From assembly GCA_001724265.1 (NCBI GenBank), contig MEDY01000087.1, positions 1 through 64,000 of the forward strand: DNA of 64,000 nt, given 5' to 3'. Positions 44,901 to 58,100 of this stretch are shown here, piece after piece. This DNA comes from Rhizaria sp. SCN 62-66. Its lineage: Eukaryota. A program made the translations under genes and the position numbers. Below the pieces are notes generated by a model. It searched no databases. It was given only the letters and a program-made list of their open reading frames with translations, and was not told the origin of the DNA. Position 1 is the first letter of the stretch, and every line of letters begins with the position of its first letter.

Positions 44901-47900
44901 CGTCTGCGCCACAATCGCGTGTGCCGCGGCGGGCGTCAGCGAAGCAATGACGCGCTGCACCGTGCGGCGGCGGCGGAAAGAAGCGCTGTACATCGCAAGT
45001 GACGTCGCCGAAAGGCTGGCGAGTGCGCCCTTGGTGTCATCGTCGTCATCTCCGTCGCCGCCGTTGCCGTTGCCGTTGCCATTGTTGTCATGAACACCGG
45101 TGCTGGCACTATGGCCGCCGCGTCCGCCACGACCACCGCCGCGCCCGCCGCGGACGCCGCGAGTGAAGGCAGTTTTGGTCACGACCTCGCCCAGCGCGTT
45201 CTTGTTCCAGCCCGATGCCGTCGCCGCGCGGGTCGGCCGCGAGCGCACCCGTTGCAAGTCGCCATCATCGTCGTCGGAGTCACCGTCGTCACGGGCAGCC
45301 GCGGCGCCAGCGGCAGCTGCGCCAGCGCGGGCACGCGCACCGGCAGCGTTGAGAGAAGTGTTGGCGCCCTGAGCAGTAAATGAAGAGGCTGCAGTAGCAT
45401 CGTTGCGTTGCGGTTGCTGCGACACCACCATCGACGGCAGCGGGAACGCGGGAATGATCATGACGTCGCCGTCGCCGTCGCCGTCGTCGTCGCCAGCGCC
45501 GGCACCAGCCGCAGCAGCAGCGTCGGCATTGTTGCCGTAGTCGGTGGACTGCGACGACAGAGGGGGCGAGAGCCCGCCACTCGCAGCAACCGCCGCTGCG
45601 GCCGCAGCCACCGCGGCCGCGCGCCCAGCTGACGGGGCGGTGGGAGCACTGCCAGGCTGCTGAGAGCCGTTCATGCTCTGGTTGAAGTTGTAGCCAACCT
45701 CACGGACAACAGAGGACTCGTGGAGATCCTCAGGCTCGCCGATGCCGAGAAACGCCGTCACCAGCGCCAGTGTCGACAGCGGCTCGGCAGCGGCAGCCGC
45801 CGTCGCCGCGGCCGCAGCAGCGGCGCCCGCGGATATCGAGGATGCGGCCGGAGCGTTGCCCGAGCTAAGAGGAGGCGGCAACAATGTCGCAGCAGCAGAC
45901 GCGGCGCCGGGCGCGAGGGTGGGACTGTTAGCAGCGGACAACGGCGAAGGCAGAGCAAGAACGTCGGTCATGGAATGAGTATGTTTGTCATCCGCAGTTG
46001 CAGAGCGAGCTGTGACAACCGCAGCGGCCGTAGTGGCAGCGCTGGTGGCGTTAGCAGCGGCCGACGCAGCCGCAGAGGCGAAGGCGGGCGTGAGCTGCTC
46101 TGGGGTCAGCGTGACGCAAGGGACGGGCCCAAGACGTGTGAGAACCCACTGCGACGTGTACAGCGTACTGACACGAGACCGTGCCCCCTTGAAGTCGACG
46201 GCGTTTGTTCCGGTTGTGTCGTCGTCATCGTCGCCCATTGCCTCAATACGCGTCTTGGTAATACCCGCATGAGCAATTGCACTGTGCGTTAACGCGGCGC
46301 CACTAGCGGCCGTATCACCGCGACTGTGAGAAACCAAGGCGTGACTCCTCGTAGTGTACCGCAGCACGTACCGCTGCCCCACCTCAAGCCCGACCGCGGC
46401 ACCCGCGATGACGGCCGCGTCGGCCGCCTCTGAGAGCCAGAGTCCGAGGCTGGAGGGCAGCGGCGGCCCCCCGCAGCAGTGATGCGCCACTGCGACCGCG
46501 CCCTGCGTCAGGTAGTATAGCAGCGCGGGGACCGAGGTCACGCCCACGGTACACGGCTCAGAGTCGTTGTCATTGTTTGCGCTTGCACCGTCACCGTCAA
46601 CGGCGGTGACATAGGCGTTGGAGGGAGCACGGGATAACTCCGCTCCGCCTACATTGCTGGAAGCCGAGCCCGCCGAGGTGGCAGTGGCGGCTGCGGCGGC
46701 GGCGGCGGCGGCGGCGGCTGTGAACACGGCGACCGTCTTGGGCCGAGCGGCGCGCGCGCCCTCGAGCAGCATCGCGTCAGTGAGTGCATCGACGTCGATT
46801 ATGGCCACGCCAGAGCGCGAGTGTGACATGTACGGCCGCGCGACAGGCGCGCCCGTGGCGATGGCGACCGCCGCAGTGGCACCTGGAGCAGGAAACGCTG
46901 AGGGCAGGGAGCTTGCTGTCGAAGTCGAAGATGTTTGCAGCGGTGGTGACTGTAACGATGACTTCGATTGTGAAGCGGGGAGTAAAGATGACATGAAACA
47001 ACGCACGACAGCCCGCACATTTGCTGGTGTATCGCGCACTGCAGCAAGCACTGGCTGCCTAGCTTCAGGCAATGGTTTCAAATCAGGAGAACTGGTGTCA
47101 CCGGAATTGCTCGTGGAAGTGGTGCTATTTTTGGGCCTACTCCCCTGGTGAGAACCGGTGATGTTTGTTAGGTTGAGACTGTTTAACGGGGGCGGCATTG
47201 CTGATGTGTTAATGCGAGATCCATTGCTAACATTATTATGACCAAAGAGTTGTTGATGTTGTTGCATCTGGATCAACATTTGTTGTTGCTGCAGCTGGTC
47301 ACCGGCATAATTACTGCTGGGAAACGCTTGACCCGAGATCAAGCCGGTCGTGCCAAGCATCGCGCTGCTGTTGCTGTTACTGCTGTTGTTTGACGTCAAC
47401 GGCGGGGATGGTGACTGCACGAACGAGAGAACTGGACGAATCAACGGTTGACCGCCGCTGCGCCGACCTGGCTGGCCATGCCCCATCTGCGGCTGCTGCT
47501 GGAGTTGCTGCTGTTGCTGTTGCTGTTGCAACGCGAGCGATTGCGCATACGTAATCGAGCCCGGCGACGCTTGCGCATACCCCAACTGCGCGTGGGACAC
47601 CGCAAGAGAGCTTGTACCGCTAGACTGTGGTGGTGACTGGACTGGGCCCTGGCCGTGCGTGTGCGAGAGTGAGTGTGATAGAGGCGGAGAACGCAACAGC
47701 GGTTGCTGTTGCTGCATTTGTTGGTCTGGCTGTGGCGGCTGCTGTAAATGTTGCTGGTATTGCTGGTACATCTGTTGTTGTTGCTGTTGAAACAGCTGTT
47801 GCTGCTGCTGTTGTTGCTGTTCTAACAGCTTTGACACCTGTAGCTGTTGCTGCTGCTGCAGCTGCAGCTGCAGCACGCCTTGCTGCTGCGGAGGCAAGTG

Positions 47901-50102
47901 CTCTTGCATCGAGTGTTGTTGCTGGAGTTGCTGTCGGTGTTGCTGCTGCTGCTGCAGTTGCGCAGCGTGATGCTGCGATTGGAGCATTTGCTGCTGCAGC
48001 GTAAACTGCGCATTCAGACTCTGCAGCCACGGGGTCGGGTCATTCAGGATCGAGCTCGCACCCGCAACAGAACCCGCCATCGTGCTGCCAGCAATGTTCG
48101 CACTACTCGCGTTGCCACGGCCCCCGTGTTGCTGCTGTTGCTGCTGCTGCGCGTGCATCGGCGGCGGGGACGGTGACGAAGTCGGCGTAATGCCCAGACT
48201 GGCGACATACGCAAGCATGTTGGCCGCGGCGGCGCTGTTGGCGCCCCCGAGGGCCGGCACACTCACGACGCTGCGCGGCGCGGCGCTCATGACAGTGGCG
48301 GCCGCGCTGTTAAGCGTGTTCGGGCCCGCGGGTGCGTCGGCCGCGCTCGCGCGCGGGTTGGCGTTGGCCATGGACGCAAGAGTAAACGCGCCAGAGTTCG
48401 AGCCACTGCTGCTGCTGCTGCTGCTCGCACCTGCAGAGTTGAAGCTGTGGCCGCCGTGGCCGCCGTGGCCGCCGTGGCCGCCGTGGCCGCCGTGGCCGCC
48501 GTGGCCGCCGTGGCCGCCGTGGCCGCGACTGCCCGCGGCGCCCGCGCTGCTGCTGCTGCTGTTGCTGCTGTTGCTGTTGTTGTTATTGTTGTTGCTGCTG
48601 TTGCCGTTCGCAAGCGCGTGCGAGTGCGTGTGGCCGCCGCGCGCCGCGGCCGGAACCAGCGACGCCGAGGGGCTCATACGCGGCGTCGTGGCGCCGCCCG
48701 CGGCGAGCACGGGGGGCGCGGGCGACGCGGCTGCGAGGAAGCGGCTGCTGACGGTGTTGTGCGTCAGGTTGTTCATGTTCGAGAGGCCGCTGTTTGACAA
48801 GCCGTTGCTCAGTGTGTTGCTGGCGGTGGCCCCGTGCGAGAAGGACGCGAAGGAGAACCCGCCCGCTGAGCCCGAGGTGGACAGCGGGGAAGACGCCGGG
48901 TAGCCGCTGTGGTGACCGTGCCCGTGAGCGTTGCCTGCAGTCGCCGATCCTGCGTGGAAGGACAGCGACGACGTGGGCGGCGGCGACGGCGATGGCGTCG
49001 GCAACGGGATGAAGGTGGTGAAGATGCCACTGACTGAGCTCGCGCTGTTCATCAGACTGGCTGAGCCGGGGTGAGCCAAGGGGTGTGACAAGTGACCAGC
49101 GTTGTTGCTGCTCGCGTGGTGGTTCGAGGAAGATGACGGCGGCGACGCTGCCGCCGTCAGTGCAGCAGCGGCGTTGGCAGCAGCGATCGTGCTCGAAGAC
49201 GCAGGGACACTGCCAGAGGTGCTATTGCTACCGCTCTGGCTTGAGCTCTGGCTTGAGCTGGCATTGAAGCTGCTGGCATTGAGGGGGTTGTTGTGACTGC
49301 TCGTCGCAGTTGCGCCAACACCGTGCTGCTTTGCTCGCGCCAGAGCAATCGTCGTCGCAGACAGACTCGCACTCGCGTTCGCAGTGATATTACCACTGCT
49401 ACTGCTGTTGCTGTTGTTGTGGTTGCTCGTGGTGGAGTTGTTGGCATTGCCGCTGCTGCTGACTGGGCTCGCGGCGGGCATGAAGCGGGAGAGGGACGCC
49501 GCTGCAGAGCCAATGCCGGGGCCGGAGCCAAAGCTAGAGCCAGTGCTCGAGCTCGCGCCCGCGCCCGCGCCCGTGCTGGAGCTGAGCATCGATGCGGAGG
49601 TCGACGCAGAGACGGGGTGGTTGGGGCCGCGTGTGAGACCTAGCGCTGCGCCGGCGCTGTTATGACCAGCGGCGGCGACATTGCTGGCTGGGGATGAGAG
49701 CGCAATCGTGGGCAGGTAGTGTGCATTTGCGTGCGGGTGAGGGATCGAGTAGTTAGTGACTGAAATGCTCGATGAAGCGCTGCCTCCACCGCTGCCGAGG
49801 CTGCTGCCACTGCTGCTGCTGCTGCCGCCGCCGCTGCCGCTGCCCCCGTTGCTGCGGAGGCTGCCAAAGCTCCCGGCGCCGGGCGAGGCCATAATGGCGC
49901 TCAGCGAAAGTGACTGTGGGAATGACATGGCACTGGGGCCGGGCAACGCAGCGGTTGAGGCAGGAGGTGCAATCGAGCCAGGGGCGGCGGCGGGCGGGGC
50001 GGGGGGAGAGAGCGAACGCCGGTCGATGGGGACAGAGGCGTGAGTGCTAGCCACGGAAAAAGGCACCGCAGGAGGAGAACCCGCAGGGGCAGTGCTGCTC
50101 AT
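35967..50102 (-). CDS. Giant low-complexity SHAQKY-class Myb/SANT transcription-factor-like protein with AT-hooks; ~4711 aa if the in-frame TAG at 42140-42138 is decoded
   Basis: Myb domain WTRREHRVFVAGLTVYGRNWKRIARLVWTKDALQVRSHAQKY (~44725-44585); AT-hook-like KRRPGRPRK (~40620-40592) and PRRGRPR (~38645-38625); poly-Q/S/N/A tracts. ORFs 50285-42138 and 42125-35967 are in the same frame, separated only by one TAG. Start may be ATG 50102 or 50285; ends TGA. Confidence 0.75.
48447..48527 (-). repeat. Coding 9-nt tandem repeat (GTGGCCGCC)x8 plus one near-copy, encoding (GGH)n in the Myb protein
   Basis: Directly visible perfect tandem array; translates as RGHGGHGGH...GGHSF. Confidence 0.95.
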
Positions 50103-51200
50103 AGAGCGGTAGATGCAGGAGCGTGCGCCTGAGGACGGGAGTGAGATTGGCGGCCCGGCGCAGATCTCTGGCGCGAAGGGGCGAGAGGAGGAAACAAGAC
50201 CTGGATTTTCAAGAGCAGGAAGCTCGTTGGTTCCAATGTGTTCGGGTAAATAGGTCTGATCAAGTATGAAGGAAATGATTGTCATGTTGTGAGTGCTTAC
50301 GGGGTAGATTCTGTGGCGCTAGATAGTAAAATAAGCGAGTTGGACTTCGCCAAGGTGGAGTCTGGACGATCGAAAGTAGATCCGCCGATTGAATTTGGAG
50401 CCCCAGAAACCGTCACTGAGTCATGAAAGAAAAGCAACATTCGTGCATATATAATATGTAGGTATTTTAAAAAGCATATCCTGCACTGGGCACTATAGAA
50501 GGCTATCAGTCGAGTTCACACTAAAATCGCTGACCGCGCCGAACTTGCCCCCGAGATCGTAGAACTACCAGTTCGCTCTGCAAACCCATATGTATGCGAT
50601 GCATACAAATGTATATAATTGCTTCGTAATGTACAATATGTGAACTCTTGATCGCCGTGTTTGTGTAGAAATAACCACGTTGCCTTATTGCGTAAATCTC
50701 TTCTATGTGAAGCGTCGGTCTTGCGGTGAGTGGAGGTGCGTAACTGTTTGTGCCACAGAAATAACAAAATTGGATATGTACACGCCCTCCTTAAGAGCAA
50801 TCTAATTAAATCAGAGTTATATTACGTAAAATGCATCGAATAAACATGATGTATGACTGAAAAGAACTATTGTATCCGTAATCACGCAATATATCCCTCC
50901 CCCGTTCGGTTGGACTCGCTGAAATGGTCGAGGCGACCTCGAACTCAGGGGGTATTTCTTTGTTTTTTTGTGTTGTTCATGTTATTTGTTGATATAAGTC
51001 TCGTATTTGCCTGATTAATTGCATCAAATGCGTATGCGTTGCTCCAAACCTCTCATATAAAGATCCACAGAGTCAACGGTGTGTTTTCTCTTTTTTCTTC
51101 GCCTTCGCTCACAAGCCACGCAAAACGTCTCACAAACGCACAAGGTAGCGGTATTGTGGCGATCTGCTTCTCGAACTTGCTTCCACACGCGCCGAGTCGC

Positions 51201-51991
51201 TTACTTGGAGCTGTGCTTGCGGTGCATAAGGTGCTTGCCGACCTTGAAGCTACCCTTGGAGCTGTTGGCGGCGGCCTCGACCGCCTTGCGGCGCGCGATG
51301 GCGTTCTTGACGGCCTCGTCACGGCGGTCACGCTCGCGCTCGGCAAGCTTGGCCTTGCGCGCCTCAAGCGCGGCCGTAGAGCCGAAGACGTTGTCGTCCA
51401 TGGTGCGGCACGCCTCGCGCTCCTCCTCGGGCGTCAGTGACGTGATGCTATTGCGGCCGACGAAGACGGGCAGCGCGGCCAGGTCCGGGATCACGGGGCC
51501 CGTCACGTTGAGTTTGCTCTGCGGGGGCAGGAAGAAGTGGTGGCCACGGGCAGTCTTCTCGATCATCTGGTCGTCGGCGAGGTCGAGCTGCAGAGGAGAT
51601 AGGAAGCGAAGAAGGGGCGACAAAGACGAAGAGCGAGGAGTGAGCGCGAGTCGAGAAAGAAGTTTAAATCGGGTGCAGAAAGAGCAAAATGCAACAAATA
51701 CGCGTGAAACTGCAGCGTGGTGTAGGATAGATAGTATTGAAAGGGAATATTCATGATGCAAAAGAAATTAAGGGTGGGAAGGCGTACCAGGTCGGCCTGC
51801 GCGGAGGCGGCGGCAAGGTCATCGGAGATGTGCTTGCCCTCGGCGGCCAGGCGACGGGCCTCGCTGCGCGCGACGTAGGCAGTCATGCGCACGCCGCGGG
51901 ACTCCTGGCGCGCGTCGCGGGTAGGTGCAAACTCACTGCGGCGGGCCGCACGGTGAGTGCGCTTGATCTTGGAACGGATAGACTTGGCCAT
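51201..51991 (-). CDS. LLPH: LLP homolog (LAPS18/LLPH family) basic nuclear protein; exons 51991-51788, 51587-51201
   Basis: N-terminus MAKSIRSKIKRTHRAARR matches the family signature MAKS(L/I)RSK.KR..RA.KR; basic C-terminus; 200-nt GTACGC..CAG intron; ends TAA. Confidence 0.7.
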
Positions 51992-52633
51992 TCCGGTCGG
52001 TCTGTGAGGAGTCAAAGAGAGAGCAAAGGGGTCCGGAAACAGGAGAAATATGAGGGTTATTCCGCCTGGAAATGCGCTGTAAAGAAACAATTACTAAGAA
52101 AACTAGAAAAATAATATCAAATTTCTTTGCCGTGGGCCCAACAACGGTTTCTCTAGACAGAATTGACATGTCCGTACGGCGCACTCGCTCGACCCCTCAC
52201 TGCAGTGCCAGACCGCATGGCACTGGCTGGCAGCTCAGAGCAGCCAAGCTTCATCACTGGCGGCCAACTTGAAAACAGCTCACTAAAAAGTTCACTTCGA
52301 GGCATAGATGATGAGCAATAAGAGAATGACTACTAAATGAATAAACTTTATATCTGTTTTCAAGTGTACAGCGAAATAATAAAAACACTTGAGTTTAAAA
52401 CTATAGCTCAAAAGCAACAATAAGTTTTGTTGCTCACCATCATGAGAGCGCGTCAAGTGAAGCAGTAAGAGTCTTATTTAGGCCATTTTGCGTTGTGTTC
52501 TTTTTTTTTTCTCTACCAACTCAACCCAACTCGTCTCTAACATACATATTAATCCCCTCCTCACCGCTTGCATCAGCGCTCTTAGCTCAAAGCAACCCCT
52601 TGGCATTAGCACATTAGCATTGCTGCCGCGCAT

Positions 52634-54285
52634 TTACCAGTCCATGGCGAGGCCGATGCTGAACCCGGGCTTGCCGAGGGCAACGCCGCCCTTGGCGACA
52701 ACGGGCGACGCCAGGTTGAGCTCGAGCCGGCCGAATGGGGTGGGCAGCGCGAGTCCGGCGCCCACGCTCGCGTGCATGGCCTTGGACAGCGCGCCCGCGC
52801 CCAACCAGCCGGGGAGCGAGCCGAAGCCGGCGGACGAGAGGCCCGGGTGAGCAGAGGCGACGGCACCCACGTTGGCAAACACCTGCGGGCGCACGGCCAG
52901 GGACGCGTAGCCCGGGAACGGGGCGGAGAGCGCGAGGCCCGCTGAGACGAAGGTGTCGCCGCCGAGCGCGTTGGACTTGGCATCCTGAAAAAAGGAATGG
53001 ATATAGATATAAGAAGGAAAAAATAGTGTGGTTAGTGAAGCGTGCATCATGAAAAAATACTCAAGCAGCGACTTAGAAACATCACAGATATTACAAAAGT
53101 AAACTTTCGCCTCATAAGTGTCAGACATAGCAAAGATATACTCTGTGAAACGCAACATACCTGGGGCGAGATCTCGCGGGGCGTGAAGCCGCGCACGAAG
53201 AGGTTGTTCTGGAAGAACCGGTCCGCGATCGGCACGGGGGGCGCGCGCACCACGGGCGCGTTGACCGATCCCGACATGACGGCCGTGCCTCTCGCGCCGG
53301 CGCCCGCGTCGCCACTGCCGGCGCTGCCGGTGAGCGCGGCGGGGAGGCGGGCGAGCGCGTCCCAGGAGCGGACGACGCCGCCGCGCACGGTCAGCGCGGC
53401 CGTCACGGCCGAGCCGGCGACCGGACGCAGCCACTGCGCAAGGCACTCGACCTTGGTGAAGGCGACGTCGCCGCCCAGCCCGGCCAGCTCGGCGCGCACC
53501 AGCTTGAGCGCGCCCTCGGTCGGGAAATGGGCGCCGGTAAACTCGCCGTCGGCGCGCGTGTCGACGCGGTAGGCGTACTTGAGCGCGTTCTTGGTCGTGG
53601 GCGCGAACGTCTCGGAGAGCACCTCGGGGGTCGCGCGGGCCGAGTGCTCGGCGGCGAGCGAGTAGTGGCGGAACGCAGACTCGATCTCGACGTTGTGGAC
53701 GCCCGACGCTGAGGTCATGCCGGCCGAGACGCCAGTTGAGGTGCCCGTGAGCGAGCTGTAGTACGCGCGGTTGTGCGTCTCCTTGAAGACAGTGATGGAG
53801 TTGGTCGAGGTCGAGTCCTTGAAGAGCGGGAGCGAGTGCAGCGACGCGCGGACCGAGCTGAGGTTGACACCCGACAGGCCCTCGTTCTCGACGTTGCACG
53901 ACAGAGTGAGCCCCTCGCCGTGGCCGACAATGTTGCGCATCTCGCCCGTCACGGAGCCCGTCGTGGAACTGCCGTCCGTGGCCTGGAAGATGCCAAAGGT
54001 AACCGTGAAGCGCGTCTTCTCCTTGAGGTCGATGATGACGTCGACGTCGCCGACCTCGCCCGACTCGGCAGAGTCGACATAAGCAGCGATGTTTTTGAAC
54101 AGATTGGTGTGAGAGAGCTCGCGCATGGACGATGAGATGTTCTGCGTAAGAGTACCGACGTCTTTGGACTCTGGGATGGACTTGAGCTTGTTGAAGATGA
54201 ACGAGTCGGCCGTGTGGTCATTGCCTTCGATGATCACGCGCTGCACACGCACGGGGTCGTAGGACACGTTGACCGATTGCGACAT
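52634..54285 (-). CDS. SAM50: Mitochondrial outer-membrane beta-barrel assembly protein Sam50/Tob55 (Omp85 family); exons 54285-53161, 52984-52634
   Basis: POTRA domain (VRVQRVIIEGNDHT...LFKNI...VDVIIDLKEK), RNIVGHGE, IADRFF..VRGF, ALGGD, SVGAGLALPTPFGRLELNL and a C-terminal beta-signal-like FSIGLAMDW; ends TAA. Confidence 0.88.
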
Positions 54286-55107
54286 CTATACAAGCCACAG
54301 ACGCAAGTGTAGCAGGGCAAGCAGGTGGTACAGAGGTTATTGTAGCGATAAAGTAGGGATACAAAAAGATTCGAGTGAGATATATGGCGTTGTAGATCGT
54401 GATCGGAGAAGCAGAAACACGAAGCAGCTTGAGTCTGCAGTGTGGCTTTCGTGATAGCAAATCCGAGGACAAGATGGTCAATATGAGACTGCGTATTAAA
54501 GAATGGCGTGATTCCAGTCGTAGACAATTGCGTGAACAGTGCTAGAGCATCGCGTTGTGGCCTCACTATGTAGATTTGGATCGTGTCAATTGTCGTCTCA
54601 ATTCGGGCTGCTCGCTGGCTTGGCCGCATTTTTGCGAACCTACCCGGCCGCCACTCCCCGCGTCATCGCCATTTTGGAACATCAAAACAACCAAGCTTGC
54701 CGTGCTATGATCGTCAATACCTCTTCTATCCTTGTTATATGGATGTGCGTGTGGTTTTCTTTAGAGGCGCTAAATTAATTCTCATCAACATACGTTCTTC
54801 CCTTTCATCGCGCAGTTGTTTGCAGGCCGGTCTTTCCCTCTGCTTGCTTCTCGCTACCACCTCCGACACCAGGGTCCAAGCCTCTCCGAGACGACGGAGC
54901 GTTGCCGTCTGAGCTCACGGTGTACACCATCAGCGATACAGGCGTGCTAACCTCTGCGTCAGTCTCATCGTTGCCTTGACACTGCTTCTGTAGACACAAA
55001 AGCACCATCATCGCACTATTGCACCAGTGGCAACGGCAACACTCGCAAGCCCCACATCGACTGCTCACTAACGCACACCTGCGTGGCAGTAACACCACGT
55101 GACGGCA

Positions 55108-58100
55108 ATGTTGCCTTGTGCGCATTCGCTCCGCGCCATTGTGCGCGCTTTTGTGGTAATTGTCGCGCTGTGCTGCTGCTGTCTCCAGCTCGCCCGCGGC
55201 CTCGACTTTGACCCCTACAAAGTACGTATTCTCGCATATATCACGCCGATGACGACGCATCATCATAACCCTTATATATGAGCATATAAATTACATTGCA
55301 TAATGTATATTCAAATTCTGATACGAAAATGCACTATTTCCGAAGAAACCCCCTTCGTACATTTTCTCATGCATGCATCTTGTCTCTTATTATTACCTGA
55401 CCACCACATCGCACTCCGCCGCACGTCACAGACGCTGGGCATCCGCCGCACCGCGACGGCGGAGCAGATCAAGCGCGCGTACAAGCGTCTGGCGCTGCAG
55501 CTGCATCCGGACAAGAACCCGCATGAGTCGGCCGCCGAGCAGTTCATCCGCGTGCAGCGCAGCCACGAGGTGCTGTCGGACCCTGCGCTCCGACGGCGCT
55601 ACGACACCACGGGCTCCGTCGACGATAACGCCGCCCAGCAGCAGCAGCAGCAGCAGCAGTGGCAACGCTACGGCCAGGGCCGCGGTGGCGCGGGGGGGTT
55701 CTACTACCACCCGCAGTCGCCGCACAGCCTGTTCCGCGCGCGGCTCGAGAAGTATTATGCCTCCCCGTCGCGCTTCCCGCCCGCCGTTGTGCGCCTCCGT
55801 GGGGAGAGCTTCCCTGCGCTCGTCGCGCGCGCGCCGCACCCGACCGACACCACGTTCTGGCTCTTCTTCCTCTTCTCGGACAACTGCCCCGCTTGCGCCA
55901 GCGTCGAAACAGCCTTCCTGACGGCCGTGGCCGCGCTGCCCGCCGTCGCGCGCTTCGCCGCGATCCACGGCGACTTCGAGGCGCCCTTCTGCACGCAGGT
56001 GCTTAAGGTGAGCCGCGTGCCCGCGCTGCTGGGGGTGACGGTGAGCCCCGAGGGCGAGGTGGCCGTGGTGGCGCCCGCGCTCTCGATCCCGCTGGGCATG
56101 GCGCCCGCGGCCAGCGCGCTGGGCGTCGAAATTGTGCGCGAGATGATGGCCGCGGCGACGGCCAGCGACGGCCGTGGCGGCATCATCGAGCTGCTGCACA
56201 CGGCCAACGTGCGCGCTCACGGTCACTCGGGCGGCTCGGCCCACGGCCAGTACGCCGGCTACGGCACGGGCGGCTTCACCAGCCAGGTGCCGATGTCGCA
56301 CGCTGCGCTCGCGGCGAATATCCGCACCGTGTTCGACTTCGCACCGGTGCCTGCGGCGGCCTACGCGGCGCACCCGTCCACCTTCACCAAAACCAACATC
56401 AACAACCACAATAACAAGCACGACCGGAACAAGCGCGGCGCCGCGGCCGAGAGCGAGCTCAACGACGCCGTCGGCGGCACGGCGCCGCCGCTGCTGAGCC
56501 TCGGTGCGGTCGGCCAGTCGCTCGGCGCCAGGCTCAACACGCACGTGTGGAACACGCTCGCCAAGTACGCACATCAAAACACCTAATGCAACAATTATCA
56601 GCAGACATCGCACCTAATTAAGACCAGAATTCAATATGATATCAATTTCACGAAGTACCATTTGTGTTATCTCAAATTCATGATGTTAATCTTTTTTGTT
56701 TGTGTCGACTGTTCTTCTACTGTTCTCCTCCAGGACCTGGGCGTCCCCGCCGCTGCTGACGCAGCCGCGCATCATCACGCCTTGGCCCCCGTCCTCGTCC
56801 TACCTCTCATCCTTCTTCTCCTCGGTCTACAGCGTGCTTGCCTACCCGTTCTCGCCCTCGGCCTCGGCTGCCGCGGCCGCGCCGCTGCCCGCCTATCTGC
56901 TCCGCGCCAGCCCCCAGTCCTCGGGCGCGTACTTCCTGCTCGTCACCCGCGCGCCCAAGCCCTCGGCGACGCTGCGCCACGTCGCGCGCGCCCTCGCCCA
57001 CTACAACGCCCGCTTTGCGCACGTCTGTCTGTCTTGCGTGGCGCGGCCGGCCGCGGCGGCAACGCTGCTGGGGTTGTCGAAGGAGCTCGACACGACTGAG
57101 CCCGCGGTCGCGGTCAAACGCGCGATGCACACGCCCCTCGCCGTCATCGCAGGCAAGCGGATCCCCGCCGATCTCACTCAGCAGCAGCAGCAGGGGGGCT
57201 CGGGGGCCGGTGACGCCGGTAGTGGCGCGACGACCGGCGGTGTGAGCGTGCTTAACAGCGTGAATCTGTTGTCAAGCAACCGCCACCAATCGCTGTCGCA
57301 CGTGCCCACCGTGCCCCGCGGCGCGCGCGCGCTGCTCAACGTGTTGTGGCCGCACCGGTGGCCACTGCTGCCCGAGGTGACTGGCGAGAGCTACCACGAA
57401 CTCTTCCTCACGGGCCAGCTGGCGTACCCCAAGTACGTCGCCCCGCTCGAGATCGACAGCAACGGCGACACCCTGCTGCGCGCTGCGGCCCACGGCCACC
57501 GTGGCGACAGCTCCTACGGCAACAGCCACACCGCTAACAGCGGCGAGGAGGAGGACGACGACGAGGACGACGGCGAGGACAGCGAGCGCAACGACGACAG
57601 CGCCGAGGCCGCCGCGCTGCTCGCCGCGGTCCGCGGCTCCGGCTTCACGAGCCTGCCGCTTGCCGTGCGGCCCGGCGCGCGCCGCGTCACGGAGCTGCTG
57701 CGGCGCCGCAAGCCTGTGCTGGGCGTGTGGCTCATCCCGCTGCGCCCGGACCTCCCGCCGCCCGCCGCCGCCGCCTCCTCCGGGGCCGCCGCAGCGGGGG
57801 CGGCAGGCAAGACGACGATGCAGGGCCAGAAGCCCGTGATCATGACCGCGGCGGCGGCAAGCTCCGGCAAGAGCGCCGTCGCGGCCGCGGCTTCGGCGGC
57901 CGTGCCCGCCGGGTCCGCCGCGGAGCTTAACGCTGGATACAAGCTGATCCAGGATAGCCACGCCTCGGCGCTGCAGCCGCCGGCCGCCGCCGCAACCTCC
58001 GGGGATGTGACCGTGGGCGGCGCCGACGCGCGCCCTGTGCCGGTGGCAGGCACACAGGAGGTTGTTGCGCTGCACTGGAGCAGGCACAGCGAGCTGCTGG

